DNA of 64,000 nt from assembly GCF_006345805.1 (NCBI RefSeq), contig NC_043003.1:97650001-97714000 (forward strand). The letters run 5' to 3'. Below are positions 49,322-62,414 of the stretch, in pieces. The translations under genes and the position numbers were made by a program. Below the pieces are notes generated by a model. It was given only the letters and a program-made list of their open reading frames with translations. It did no database searches and had not been told where the DNA came from. Source of the DNA: Octopus sinensis. Its lineage: Eukaryota. Each line of letters starts with the position of its first letter. The first letter of the stretch is position 1.

Positions 49322-49989
49322 ATGTGGGACAGGATGAAACCAAGGTATCAGTGGCGAGGCGGGGCTCGTGGGGTCCGAGCTAAACCCGCCCCCACTCCAT
49401 CCGTAATGTCTTCCGGTCTGTTCTATCATTCGAATTTTTGTTTTTAATATATATTGTCATTTTGTGTTAATTTTTAAATTTCATTTTGTATATTTATCAT
49501 TCGTAAGTCTGACCCCAAATCAGATTGTGTTGTCCCCTCTTTGTTCGCCCCTTGTGGGTAATAAAAAATCAGAATTGTCAACCATGTTATGCCGCCTTAC
49601 TGGATTCTACCTGGAGAAACCCGTTAAAACTTTTCTGACACAGCTGCAGGTATGGAATAATACTCTCAATTGCCTCTTTGAATTTGCCTTTATATATTTT
49701 ATAAATTTCAGGTTTATATTTCTATATGCTTATCATCAGACTCTTAATATAAATATGTGGATATTCGAATGGAATAATACCTCATGTCTTACATCTGAAT
49801 TCTGAATTTGCTTTTCTGAATACTTTAAGACAAATATCTGAAATTTTTCTCGGATATCAATTTATTAATCTTTAGCTAATATACGGACGAAACAACAGTT
49901 GTACTATATACTGAAGCTTTATTTCTATTAAAATTCTCATATTATATATATATATATGTACATATACATACAAGTTCCATTCTAGTAGG

Positions 49990-52013
49990 TTACAAAAATA
50001 TTACGCCTTAATATCTCATCTTTTCTCATATTTTATGCCTAAGACAGTAGTACGATGGAATCTGTGGATACAGCAAGGTTTGAGCGAATGGATCCACTTG
50101 ACAAAGCTTGAAGAATGCAGTGAGTGTGCTATCCCTTGGTTCCTCTGCCAACAGAGAAGCATTAGCATCGGTGAAGTACACTCTTTGACCATTTTCCAGG
50201 TGCACTGCAAGCTGTTGAATGGCGGGGTGTCGTTGGTGAATTGGAAAGCCAAAGATGCGCCAGAAAGCCTCGTTGCTACTTATGTACCATCCCACCTGAT
50301 AATGCGTCACCTCATCATGGCAGTATTCTTGCTGAAGTCCAAACATTGCAGCGTCAGAACCCCTGTTTACATATTTGCAAACATACTTGATGGATTTAAC
50401 GGAGTTGCAAAACTCAACGTTGATGTGGGCATTGAAAGTCTTTGACAGGAGTGGGCAGTATGGAACAATCCATCTATTATCAATATCGTGCTGTCCGATA
50501 GTTGCTGTGAAACCTCCGTCTTCTGGTTTTCTGCGTCTGTATGATGGATACCCATCAGCACCTGTCTGAGTTTCTTGTAGGAACCTCCTTGGAAATCTTT
50601 TTGAACATATGCTGTCCTTCAAGTATGGTGAGTTTATGTTGAATTCACGCCCACATGGACCATGTACCATGTTTGCTTTAACTATTTCGTATAGTTCTTT
50701 GTCTAAAGCTGGATCAGGAAGTTCTGCAGAGATTATCTTGTCGATGTCACTGGAATTGATCTTCGCTGAGAGCCAAAGCAGGATATGAGCATGTGGAAAG
50801 CCCCTTTTTTGCCACTCGATTGTGCACATGTCACATTGTATGGGCCCAAAGACTTGCCCTTTTTGTATGAGCTCCATGAGAGAGATTAACTTCAGATGGA
50901 AAACTCGGGCGAGGAGGTCATGCCTGTCTTTAGGCTTTTGACCGAAGAAAAGTTCGGCCTGAATCTCCTTCCACTTGGGATTGCATGTGAAAGTTATGAA
51001 TAGGTCAAGCCTGCCGTAATGGCAGACAAAGGTCATTGCATCCTATGTTCTTTCATGCATATATCGGGGACTTCCTGTGAATGTAGAAGGCAAGATGCAA
51101 AGTCTTCCTATGTTTGTTGGAGCAGCATTATTGCTGATGGCATCTCGGAGATGGATGTAGCTGTCAGATCGCAATTTTTTTCATGTAACCTGATGAAACA
51201 CAATCTCTCTGATTCCATTTTTGCGCACATATCGACTACAAATTGATGACAGCTCTCGAGACTGGTGGAGGTGATTACAGCAGTTGTTTCGGGTCATAAC
51301 TCTGTATGAGTAGAAGTCCATGCAGGATATTGGCTTGTTGAGATGTTAAGATTTTGAGGATGTTGCTGTAGTAGACCGATGTGGTAGCCATCCTCACAAT
51401 TATTTAACAAATGCAACACAACAACGTTTCCCTGACGAGGAACCAACAAACGTGATTACAATAGTCAAACAGTAATAATAGTAACAACAAACCTTTTTAA
51501 TTTATCCCCATTTATGTGAAACCACTTATTCAAGTTCAAGTCATTGATGCAATTTTATACGAATTTCTAATACACACACACATAATAAGGGTGAAAAATT
51601 AAATATTAATTTGATTAATATGAATTGAAAACCAGTGGTGTAGCTTATAAGACCATAGCGGATCTTCTTCTAGCAAAATGGATGACCACTGTTAATGGTT
51701 CATCTCTGTTATATAATACTTTCACTTTAATAGTTTCAGTATTAAAGTGAAAGTGTCTGCATTACAAAAGAGAGATGCTTTTGTTTCACTTTTAACACGT
51801 AATACTGAAATAGTGGAGAAGATATGATGTTGCTGTGGGGTCGTCCTAGGGAAAAAGTTAAATTTTTTTTGTCGATGACACTCCCCGGACCTTAAGTAAG
51901 GCATGTGTAAAATTTGAATGAAATTGGTTGCGTAGTTATCAAGTTTTAGGGAAACAGACAGACAGACACACACACACAGACACATTCTCAGTTTTTTATA
52001 TAGAGAGAAGAGA
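49990..52013 (-). mobile_element. Helitron remnant: 5' end plus Rep domain; helicase and 3' end lost
   Basis: 5' end A|TCTCTTCTCTCTATATAAAAAACTGAGAATG(TG)n(TCTG)n, followed on the same strand by Rep coding sequence. Confidence 0.85.
50026..51400 (-). pseudogene. Helitron Rep (HUH) initiator domain
   Basis: LPSTFTGSPRYM, motif 1 LFITFTCNP, motif 2 EWQKRGFPHAHILLW, motif 3 YVCKYVNRG, DNRWIVPY, LAVHLENGQ. The 336-aa segment 50026-51036 is uninterrupted. Confidence 0.93.
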
Positions 52014-52070
52014 TGTTTTATATATATATATATATATATAATATATATAATATATATATATATATATTAT

Positions 52071-52635
<565 letters not shown>

Positions 52636-52789
52636 GTCTCCCCTACCCTTCTTGAACAGAATTTATTAAGTTAATTTATTTTTTCTTCCACGCTACGTTT
52701 AATTTAAATTAATTAAAACGTCCTGATTATGTTAGCATTAATTTATATTTATTTTAGATACATAATATATTGTTTTGATTTAATACTCT

Positions 52790-53385
52790 GTGGCTGTGTG
52801 CTAAGAAGTTTGCTTCTTAACTACCTGGTTCTGGCTGGGTTCAGTTCCACCGCGTGACACCTTGGGCAAGTCTCTTCAAATATATATTTTTTATTGCCCA
52901 CAAGGGGCTAAACATAGAGGGGACAAACAAGAACAACAGACAAAGGAATTAAGTCGATTACATCTACCCCAGTGCGTAACTAGTACTTTATTTATCGACC
53001 CCGAAAAGATGAAAGGCAAAGTGGGCCTCGGCGGAATTTGAACTCCGAACGTAACGGCAGACGAAATATCGCTAAACATTTCGCCCGGCGCGCTAACGTT
53101 TCTGCCAGCTCGTGTCTTCAAATATAACCTCGGGCCGCCCAAAGTCTTGAGTGGATTTGGTGGACGGAAACTGAAAGAAGCCCATCGTATATGTGCTTCA
53201 GCATGGTCACAGCCTTTGGTCGAAACGTTTAAAAATGTGTGTATGAGCGTGTGCTTGTGTTTAAATTCGTCCCCCCACAATCGCGTGACAACCGGTGCTG
53301 GTTTGTTTACTTCCCTCGTAACTTAGCGGTTCGGCAGAGGCGGTGCCCCAGTAAAGCCGCAGTTCAATGACTGAAACATGTAGAA
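52790..53385 (+). mobile_element. Degenerate SINE A split by a SINE D insertion
   Basis: Head TGTGGCTGTGTGCTAAG..GGTTCAGTTCC..CTTGGGCAAG resumes after the insert as AACCTCGGGCCGCCCAAAG. Confidence 0.75.
52885..53114 (-). mobile_element. SINE family D, full length, 12-bp TSD, Tx1-like tail
   Basis: TSD TCTTCAAATATA (52873-52884 / 53115-53126). Head GAGCTGGCAGAAACGTTAGC..GAGTTCAAATTCC. Confidence 0.9.
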
Positions 53386-54199
53386 GATGAAAGACATGTC
53401 TAAAAGTTATGAAATATTAACACACACTTGAATAGATCTTGCAGTTTGAGGTTTGGTGCGTCAGCCTTTTTATTATTATTGAAGTCGTCATTGTTACAAA
53501 TTTTACTTACGATGCAAAAATGTCTAGATACAAAACAGGATAAAGCTTCTAGACACTTTCGGAATACGATACTGAAAATAAGAAAATAAATAAAGAATAT
53601 TATAAAGGATTTAATCATATACATAAAAATATCTACTTTATCTAGATTAAAAGACTGAAAGATAGAAATAAGGAAATCAACATAGATATTAACAAAAAAC
53701 TGAAAGCTATTTATTTTGATAAGTCAAAAATATTTTGATAATGTAGACAGATAAAGAGAGAAGATAATTTAATGTGCCATATTACGAATCATTAGAGAAA
53801 GATGTATTAGTTGGCAATAAAAAAAGTGTAAATTTCTTTCAATTTTGTTTTCTTTTATCTTTCAGTACAGCAGACATGCAAATCATCTTGAATGAAAAAA
53901 GAGAAAAAAAAGGGAAGTTTAATAGCATTAAAATTGTTGTAAGAGTGGCTGTTTTCTACCATATATATATATATATATACTTAACTATATATATATATAC
54001 TTCTTGACAAAAGACGTGAATATTTTCTTTAAGGATGATTATTATGGAAATCTATTAGATTGCTGAATAATCATGGGAAAAAAAAACCGTATAAAGTATA
54101 GTGTCCGGGTTGAAGATACAAGATGAGGAAGAAACGAGAATAAATAGCATTAGGAATGTTTATGAATTTCTATGAGTGTAAATGAGAATTTAAATAAGG

Positions 54200-54280
54200 T
54201 GGTTGTATGAAATAAGTGAGAGAATTAGAGAAAGTGGTTGTTGATGTAACGAAGAGAGAAAAAAAAGCAGACAATGAACG

Positions 54281-54323
<43 letters not shown>

Positions 54324-55100
54324 TGTGGTTGATGATGTGTGTGAAAGAGAAAGAGAAGGAGTCATGAAATTTGCTGATAAGAGGAAAGTGACAGATAGAG
54401 CGAGAGGGAGAGAGAGAGAGAGTGAGAGAATCAGAAAACGTAGTTGAGGTTGGGGGTGAATGAAAGGGAAAGAGAAAGATAAAAGAATACGGTGGCTGAC
54501 TGATGTGACGGAGAGTGAGAGTGTGAGTTAAAAAATGGTAGCTGATGAAGTGAGAGAGAGTTAGAGAAAGAGATCAGAGACGGTAGGGGGGGGGGTTGAT
54601 GTGAGTGAAGGTAAGAGAAAGACAGAGTCAGAAAATGTGAGGGATGATAAGAGTGAGTGCGACAGAGAGCGTTAACAATGTGTGTGTGTGTGTGAGAGAA
54701 AAAGAATTGAGACAGAGAAGATGGTTGTGTAATGTGAGTGAAAGAGAGGAAAAAAAAAGGGGAAGGAACAGATAAAATGTACAGGCGCACAAAGATAGTA
54801 TATAGAAGTAAATGTGCATTAAACAAGTGATGAAGAAAGAAATGTGTGTGTGTACGAGGAAAAAAAGAGAAAAGTATCTATTTTATTTATAAGAAAGAGG
54901 ACAGTAAGAGATAAATATAGACAGAAAAAAATCAGTGAAAGAGTGTGTGTGTGTATGTGTGAACGAATGAGAGAGGGAAAAAAGATTGAAAAATAGAGAA
55001 ATAAATAGAGAATGTACGTATGTGTGAGAGTGTATGTGCGTGAGTGAAGGAAGAAAGGACAGGAAAAACAATATGAGAGAATACAGAAAGAACTTAGGTT
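54200..55100. repeat. Purine-rich (GA)n/GT low-complexity tract
   Basis: The + strand is almost devoid of C and has several (GA)n runs. Further (GA)n runs lie at 55705-55850. Confidence 0.85.
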
Positions 55101-55184
55101 ATAGTGGTTGGCGGTGTTGAAAGAGTAGGGCAGGTGCTTTTATGAACACGGAGTGCTAACAGAGGAGGAGTTGGCAGTGCTTAC

Positions 55185-55354
55185 TTGTTCTTTAGTTATA
55201 GTAGTGACAGTAGCAGCAATAGTAGTAGTAGTAGTAGTAGACATTATTCTTGTTATTATTGTTGCCGTGGCGGTTTTTTCCCTCTCCAAAGCGATCCTTA
55301 AACCAACTGGTGTGCTAAGGAGATACGACATATGTTCTAGATTCCAACACCATA
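55185..55354 (-). other. Candidate 170-nt exon (possible start codon MSYLLSTPVGLRIALEREK...)
   Basis: Polypyrimidine acceptor TTCTCTTTTCTTTAAAG, donor CAA|GTAAGC, and one frame open across it. No homology recognised. Confidence 0.25.
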
Positions 55355-55703
55355 CTTTAAAGAAAAGAGAAAAAAGTTAAACTAAAGTGTCAAACAAACA
55401 AACGTAAAAAAAAAACAAAAGTCTTTAAGAACAAAAGCAGTTTGAAAAACCGAATCCGACAGTTTAGATCAAACACTGGTCTCTGGAACGATCAGTTCTT
55501 GTCATCTTCCCCGTGAGTAAATTCATGCCCTCATTTTATTCGATGCGTGTGTGTGTGTGTATGTATGTATGTATGCATCTGTGATTTTATATTCATGATT
55601 ATGGGCCACAGAAATTCATTAGGGAATGAGTATTTGTATGAAGAAATGTCAGTGAGTGTGAGTATGTGTGCATATGAGTATGTAAGTATGTATGTGATAG
55701 AGA

Positions 55704-55743
<40 letters not shown>

Positions 55744-57593
55744 TGATTAAAGAGAGAGAGCGAGAAGATGTAGGAAAATTAATGAGAAAGAAAGAATGAT
55801 AGAGTGAGAGGACGAAGGAAAATTAATGAGAGAGAGAGAGAGGGGGGAGTGAGAGTAGATGGTTTTTTTTTTTTTTTGAGGAAGAAATTGACACATGCTT
55901 GCATTCTGTATGTAACTTCCAAAACATATTGTTCATCACATTTATGAGTGTTTTTTCCTCCACGATATGATCGTATCTCATGGTCGACAACTGTAATAAA
56001 TAAATGCTTTTATCGGAAAATATAATGTGTTTACGTTTACGTATATTTCAACAGAAACAAACAAACATATGGTCATATAGATCATTTCTGCTCATACACA
56101 TGCGTACGCATAATCTCACACACACACACACACACATCTTTTTTAAAGAGATACATGTACACGCTCACACACATACAATATGTGTATGCGTAAATATTTG
56201 CGTTAGTGGGTGTGTTTAAATGAAAACAAGCATATTGCCACAAAACGTAACTAATTAGTGAGTAAATGGAAAAATCTGGACATACACAAATATTACATAC
56301 GTAGACACGTTTGAGTATGTATGGAAAAATAGTATTAAAGAATTTGTGTCTGTGTGTGGGTAGATAGATAGATAGATAGATAGAGAGAGAGCGATAAGTG
56401 GCCTTGTTTTCAAAATACTCTGGCACCTTTGTAAGCCCTTATCTATCCCTTCCTCATACCTTTTTATCTTAGTAAATTTCCAGTTTTACCTTGTTCTTAC
56501 ACAGCTTTCTACAGACCTCAAAAGTGATTACTTGATTTGCTATAAACAGCAGCAGTATCTATCTAAAATCACACCCTTTTTGAGAAAGGATACCCCCCCC
56601 TCCAAAAAAAAAAGCGATGAGGTGGTGGATAGTCATGTGAGGAACACTTTTGATCAGGTTTATTGAGTTAGGACTGATCTGGGGTTAAACATGTTTTCTG
56701 ATCAACAGAATTATAATTTTAATCATAACTATCAAATAACTTTCAGAAAAGATTAATCTAAATAACAGTATTGTTATTTCTAATTGTATATCGGTATGTT
56801 AATTTCATATCGTTGTTTTAGAATCATTGAAACTAGGTTCGTTATATCAGATTGCTTCAGAAATGTGTCATATCACAGTTACCCTTAACTAACCCGTTAT
56901 GACTGGTACAGAAACTAGCCAACCATCCACCCGTTTCTCTGTCACCTAACTGCTATCTTCTAATCTCTTCGCTACGACCCACGTAGTTATTCGATCTGTT
57001 TGACATGACAAGTAAATTTCCTTCAAACTACACTCTACCGCCTCTAAGAAAAAAAAAAAAAAAAAAGGCGGTACATTGCACAGTGTAACTTGAAAACAAA
57101 ACTGGATGGTCACGATTAGAATGCTTTTGGTCATACGTCTGCTTAATCAAGGCTGGGTTGTGGCTATACATCAACGGAACTTGTCCGCAGTCACCACCTC
57201 ATTTTGCACTCACAGTAACCACAATTTTTCAATGGTAGTCTGTGTGTGTTGCATGTTACCTTGCCCTTATAAGATATGTGTATGAATATTATTGTACACA
57301 CGATTTAGGGGCATGTACACAAACACTTATATAAAACTGTCGATTTACTCTGTCGGTACTGATTGTTTCTTTCTCGACCCGATCCTTCAGAATATACGAT
57401 CATCTCTCTCTACTCGTCTGATAGATCGTACTGAACGAGAAATTCTAAGTAGTTTAGCAATGAAGTGACTCACCAGTTTCATACAAATAATTATACTCTA
57501 CTGCATGTATTGAGTACGCTTTGAGTATGTGTGTATACAAACACATGTATGTGTGTATGCATGTGTGCGTGTATGTATGTGTGTATGTATGTA

Positions 57594-57626
<33 letters not shown>

Positions 57627-58150
57627 TCATGCGTGTATGTATGTATACTGCTAGCAGCAGACGGCAATAACAATGCTCGAACGAAAAATATATCTTCAGA
57701 ACTGCATGAGGATTACTATCATTAATAAAGAAGCTCCTAGATAAACCGTTGGACCATTCAGAAAATTAAACACAACCTCCTGAGTGTTCTATTCTTTATA
57801 GTTAAGAAGCAAAGGTTTCTGTTTCATTTATTGGTGCTAAGTCAAAGTTGTAGAGATTCTACTGAAGCAATATTGTTCTCTTCAGTGATACTGATTCGGT
57901 TGATTTATGCTGTATCTATTGAAGTTGAAGTAAATCCCTGATGTTAACTTTCAGCACCTTAGACATCGTAGTGGCTAATAAAATTAAACCCAATGCAGCT
58001 GAGAAGCATCTTAAGTTACCCCCACTAGTGTCTTGAAACAGTATCGACATCAACTGATCCCTTCTCTTTTACTCTTTTACTTGTTTCAGTCATTTGACTG
58101 TGGCCATGCTGGAGCACCGCCTTTAGTCGAGCAAATCACCCCCAGGACTT

Positions 58151-58298
58151 CATCATCATCATCATCATCATTTAACGTCCGTTCTCCATGCTAGCATGGG
58201 TTGGACAGTTCGACCTGGGGTCTGGGAAGCCAGGAGGCTGCACCAGGCTCCAGTCTGATCTGGCAGTGTTTCTACAGCTGGATGCCCTTCCTAACGCC
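58151..58298 (-). mobile_element. RTE 3' end (family B) nested in SINE A
   Basis: (CAT)n..CATGCTAGCATGGG..GATGCCCTTCCTAACGCC inserted at GGACTT|ATTCTTTG, with no visible TSD. Confidence 0.85.
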
Positions 58299-58445
58299 AT
58301 TCTTTGTAAGCCTAGTACTTATTCTATCAGTCTCTTTTGCCGAACCGCTAAGTTATGGGAACGTAACACACCACCATCCGTTGTCAGGCGATGTTGGGGG
58401 GACAAACACAGATACACAAACGTATACACACACACATGCATATAT

Positions 58446-58855
58446 CACTTTCACTTTGATCACTTTGACCGACCAGTCCGTCAGAGGTCCATTTGACACC
58501 GCTGGTCACAGCACGCTGTCCACTCCTCTCTGGATCGCGCCTTTCTCATCCACGTGATCCCAATCGTCCTCTTGAAATCGTCACTCCACCATCGTGGAGG
58601 TCTTCCGGGTGGTCTTTTCCGCTAACACGAGTACCACTCGACAACTGCGTGCGTCCACCGATTATCGGTGAGCCGGGCGACATGTCCAGCCCATCTATAC
58701 TTGCTGCGAGTATACTCTGCGATGACATCTCTCACGCCGGACTTCTTTCTGATGATCTTGCTATTTATGTGCTCTCTCAACGAGATACCAAGCATTGACC
58801 TTTCCATGGCTCTTTGAGCCGTTACCAGTCTTTGCTCTTCTCTCTTTGACAACGT
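58446..58855 (-). mobile_element. 5'-truncated RTE LINE (third RTE family), 12-bp TSD
   Basis: TLSKREEQRLVTAQRAMERSMLG..RWAGHVAR..W, then RPPGRPPRWW. Tail AAGTGA repeats; TSD ACATGCATATAT (58434-58445 / 58856-58867). Confidence 0.9.
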
Positions 58856-58858
58856 ACA

Positions 58859-58900
<42 letters not shown>

Positions 58901-59962
58901 TACGACGGGCGTCTTTCAGTTTCCGTCTACCAAATCCACTCACAAGGCTTTGGTCGGCCTGAGGCTATAGCAGAAGACACTTGCCCAAAGTGCCATGCAG
59001 TGGGACTGAACCCGGAACCATGTGGTTGGTAAGCAAGTTACTTACCACACAGCCACTCCTACGCCTTCTGTCTATTCTTTGGAGAAAATGTATGGATGCT
59101 ATCTATAATACCTGAGCATTTTCTGTCCCTGTTCATCATACCAGCTTTCAAAAATGGAAATAAATTGCTTACAGTAAATTACTGTTTGCTTACTGATCTC
59201 TCTTATTAAAGTATTTGAGGGAGAAAAAGAGAGAGAGATGGAGAGTATGAAGTAAGAATAACTGATTTTGAAGAAAGAAACAATCTTCTAAATCTCAGCT
59301 AGCAATAAGTAGTAAAGACTGCTTAACACAACTTTTATGCTCTAATGACATTTTGATAGCTTTAAGCATGGGCCCCCAACGTATGTCACATAACTCAGCT
59401 TCAGTAAGGACACTGACAATCATTAGACATAACATTTTGATGGAGAAAATTATCCAATATGGGAGTCTGTAGAAAGGTAACTGCAGCGGTTCAACTGTTT
59501 TCTAGTACAACCCAACATATTGCAATCAATAAAATCCACTCAAACCCTTCAAAAGCGATGCAGCGGTGTCCAGCTCAGGAATTGTGTTAGTCCTTATATA
59601 TATATATATACCTTCGAAGCACGCATTGAGTCGAAACAGGGGCAGCTGAAGAAGGGGAATGTCCCTTGTGTTGTTTGTCTTGTACTCTGCTAATATTGTT
59701 CTCTGCTAAACTTAGCTAATATTTTACAAATTCATAGGTAGGGAACTTATATTTGTTTCAGATTTTGACTCAAGGCCAGCAATTTTGGAGGATTACTAGT
59801 GTAGTTAGAGGTGGGAGGCAGTGGTCTACTCCTCGTGGCACTTTTAGTGGCGTAGTATCAGTTTTGGGTCTGCCGTAGGCAATATGTACTTTTTGTGGGG
59901 GCCTGCAGAGCAGCAAACTGAAGAGCCACCCTGGATGGCGCACACTCTAGCTATGCTAGTAT

Positions 59963-60140
59963 GGGGGAGGGGTTCAGTTGATTACATAGACCCCAATGCT
60001 CAACTGGTACTTATCTTATCAACCCTAAAAGGATGAAATGCAAAGTTGACCTCAGTGGAATTTGAACTCGGATTGTAAAACAGGCAAAGTGCTGCTAAGC
60101 ATTTTGTTCGGCATGCTAATGGTTCTGCCAACTTGCCATC
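59963..60140 (-). mobile_element. SINE family D, degenerate
   Basis: GACCCCAATGCTCAACTGGTACTT..GACCTCAGTGGAATTTGAACTC..GGTTCTGCCAAC. Confidence 0.75.
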
Positions 60141-60226
60141 TTGTAGGAAACATATTAACCTTTTTGATGCCATCCCACCTGAAACCACCCTTAGTTTTGT
60201 AATACAAACTTCTTTTTTTTAAAGTT

Positions 60227-60526
60227 GGCACGTAAAAAGCACCATCCGAATCGTGGCTGAAGCCAGTGCCGCCTCGACTGGCTTCCGTGCCGGTGGCACG
60301 TAAAATGCACCAATCCGACCGTGGCTGATGCCAGCCTCGCCTGGCACCTGTGCAGGTGGCACGTAAAAAGCACCCACTACACTCACGGAGCATCCAGCTG
60401 TAGAAACATTGCCAGATAAGACTGGAGCCTGGTGCAGCCTTCTGGCTTCCCAGATCCCCGGTCGAACTGTCCAACCCATGCTAGCATGGAGAACGGACGT
60501 TAAACAATGATGATGATGATGATGAT
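60227..60526 (+). mobile_element. RTE 3' end (family B) with GGCACGTAAAA modules
   Basis: Three GGCACGTAAAA(A) modules, then CATCCAGCTGTAG..CATGCTAGCATGG..(GAT)n. Confidence 0.85.
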
Positions 60527-60610
60527 TTAGATTAAAATGCTCCCACAAAATTTCATGTAGTTTATACACCAAACACCACTTAATGATTAAATTATATTAC
60601 TTATTCTTAT

Positions 60611-61003
60611 TCTTACTTGTTTCAGTCATTTGACTGTGGTCATGCTGGAGCACCGCCTTTAATCGAGCAAATCGATCCCGGGACTTATTTTTTGTAAGCC
60701 CAGTATTTATTCAATCGGTCTCTTTTGCCGAAGTGCTAAGTGACGGGGTCGTAATCACACCAGCATCGGTTGTCAAGCAATGCTAGCGGGACAAACACAG
60801 ACACACAAACACACACACACATACATATATATACATATATACAACAGGCTTCTTTCAGTTTCTGTCTACCAAATCCACTCACAAGGCATTGGTCGGTCCG
60901 GGGCTATAGCAGAAGACACTTGCCCAAGGTGCCACGCAGTGGGACTGAACCCGGAACCATGTGGTTGGTTAGCAAGCTACTTACCACACAGCCACTCCTG
61001 CGC
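60611..61003 (-). mobile_element. SINE family A, full length
   Basis: Complete tail-to-head match. Confidence 0.92.
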
Positions 61004-61964
61004 CTATTCTTTAATATTTTTCAAAATCAGTTGAAACAAAAGCAGTTTATTTCCACAAAAATATGGCAACTAAAATTAACTGTTTTGGTGTTAAGACTTA
61101 AGTAATTTCTTTTTGTTGGGATTTTTTGAGATTTCATTATAGGCAGTTTCACATTTGAATGTAAATGCAATTTCACTTGTTAGTGAGGAGTTCTCCATCT
61201 TTAAATTTCTTCATTGATTTATAATGCTTTAGTTGTAGTTGTTAGTAATGCCATTGGCTATGATAGGGTATTCTGGTATTACAGTCTTAATGTAGGGTTG
61301 TAGTAGTGATTGCTGATGGCAATCGCATGTGCAATACAGTATCACTCTTCCCTTGGTTAACCATGCTGGAACCGATACAGCAGTAAGTTCTCCAGCTGCA
61401 ATTTGGTGTGTTCAGCTACCTGCCCAGGCTCCACTGCTTGTCAGGCTGAGAAAAGCAAATTATCATGTGGTAGTCAAGACCTCCGGCGTCTTCAACCCCT
61501 GGGCCATATCCCTGCTCACTGCTATCGGAATGGTGATGGTTATCTGCAAGTGCTGCCCCGTGAGTCACAATGGCTTTTTCACTGTATCACCCTTGCATCC
61601 TCCAAGGCAACACCTTTTCCATTTTGTCTGCTGTGACCAGGAGGTAGCCTGAATTACAGGAAATCAAGGGAATGTAAGAATTTTGTAGCTTACTACATGA
61701 ACAATAAACTTGTTCATTATGTTGTATCTACAGGCAACAATAATCTTATTGGTTTTATCCTATTTGGTTTGTTTTGATCAAATGACTAACTGTGACCAAA
61801 AGACTCAGTACTTTGGATATGCTATGCTGTAAGTGTAGTCTTGCTGAGGACTACATTGCATGTTCTGGTGACTAGTAGTTTACCATGTTTGGTATAGTGT
61901 GGCAGTTTCAGATTGTTTCATCCTTTGTCTTCTTTGCTCTTGTAAAACTGGGTTCTCGAGATGG

Positions 61965-62414
61965 TCATTAAGTAATTTTTGGAGCTGAATTTTTGTGGTC
62001 CTTTCTAACAATTCGAGTAAGAGTCCAATGGTTCCTATCTGAAAGTTTTGGTTTTCTTCTGGTGTTTTGTTTCAATGTGGAGGTTTTTCCCTCTTTCTCA
62101 AAGGCTGTCATTACTTTCGAGACAGTACTTCTTGATACACCAAACATTTCGGTTGTTTTCCTTACTCTAGCACCTGCCATATGAGCACCAACAATTTGAC
62201 CTCTTTGAAAACTCAATAGATCTGTCATTTTAATGAATTTTAATACCTTTTTTGGATATGTGAAAAGAAACAGCAATTTTAGCGAAACATATTAAGCAAT
62301 ACTAATAATAAATAAAAAAGACATAAAAATAAACAAGCTTTTGACGGTTTTATAGATATTTCAAAATTATGATGCTATGATTCTAGGTATTTCCATTATT
62401 TTGTCCAACCCCTG
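61965..62414 (-). mobile_element. Tc1-like transposon 5' fragment
   Basis: TIR TA|CAGGGGTTGGACAAAATAATGGAA and N-terminal HTH region MTDLLSFQRGQIVGAHMAG..VSRSTVSKV..RRKPKLSDRN..LTRIV. Confidence 0.85.

Larger units (their letters stand above)
44498..49570 (+). mobile_element. Near full-length L1/Tx1-clade LINE (~5.07 kb) with TSD
   Basis: TSD AGAATTGTCAACATGTTA (44480-44497) / AGAATTGTCAACCATGTTA (49571-49589). T-rich 5' UTR, ORF1, ORF2, and 3' UTR ending CCCCTTGTGGGTAATAAAAAATC. Confidence 0.93.
58064..59065 (-). mobile_element. SINE family A interrupted by two nested insertions (58151-58298 and 58446-58855)
   Basis: Collinear pieces 58064-58150, 58299-58445 and 58868-59065 reassemble one full A copy. 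Confidence 0.88.

Noticed and set aside
59610-59670. GAAAC...CTGAAGA words suggesting another hammerhead
   Set aside because: I could not build consistent stems I-III in either orientation.
61329-61660. GC-richer segment with 77-107-aa ORFs
   Set aside because: No homology recognised and no convincing splice sites; left unassigned.
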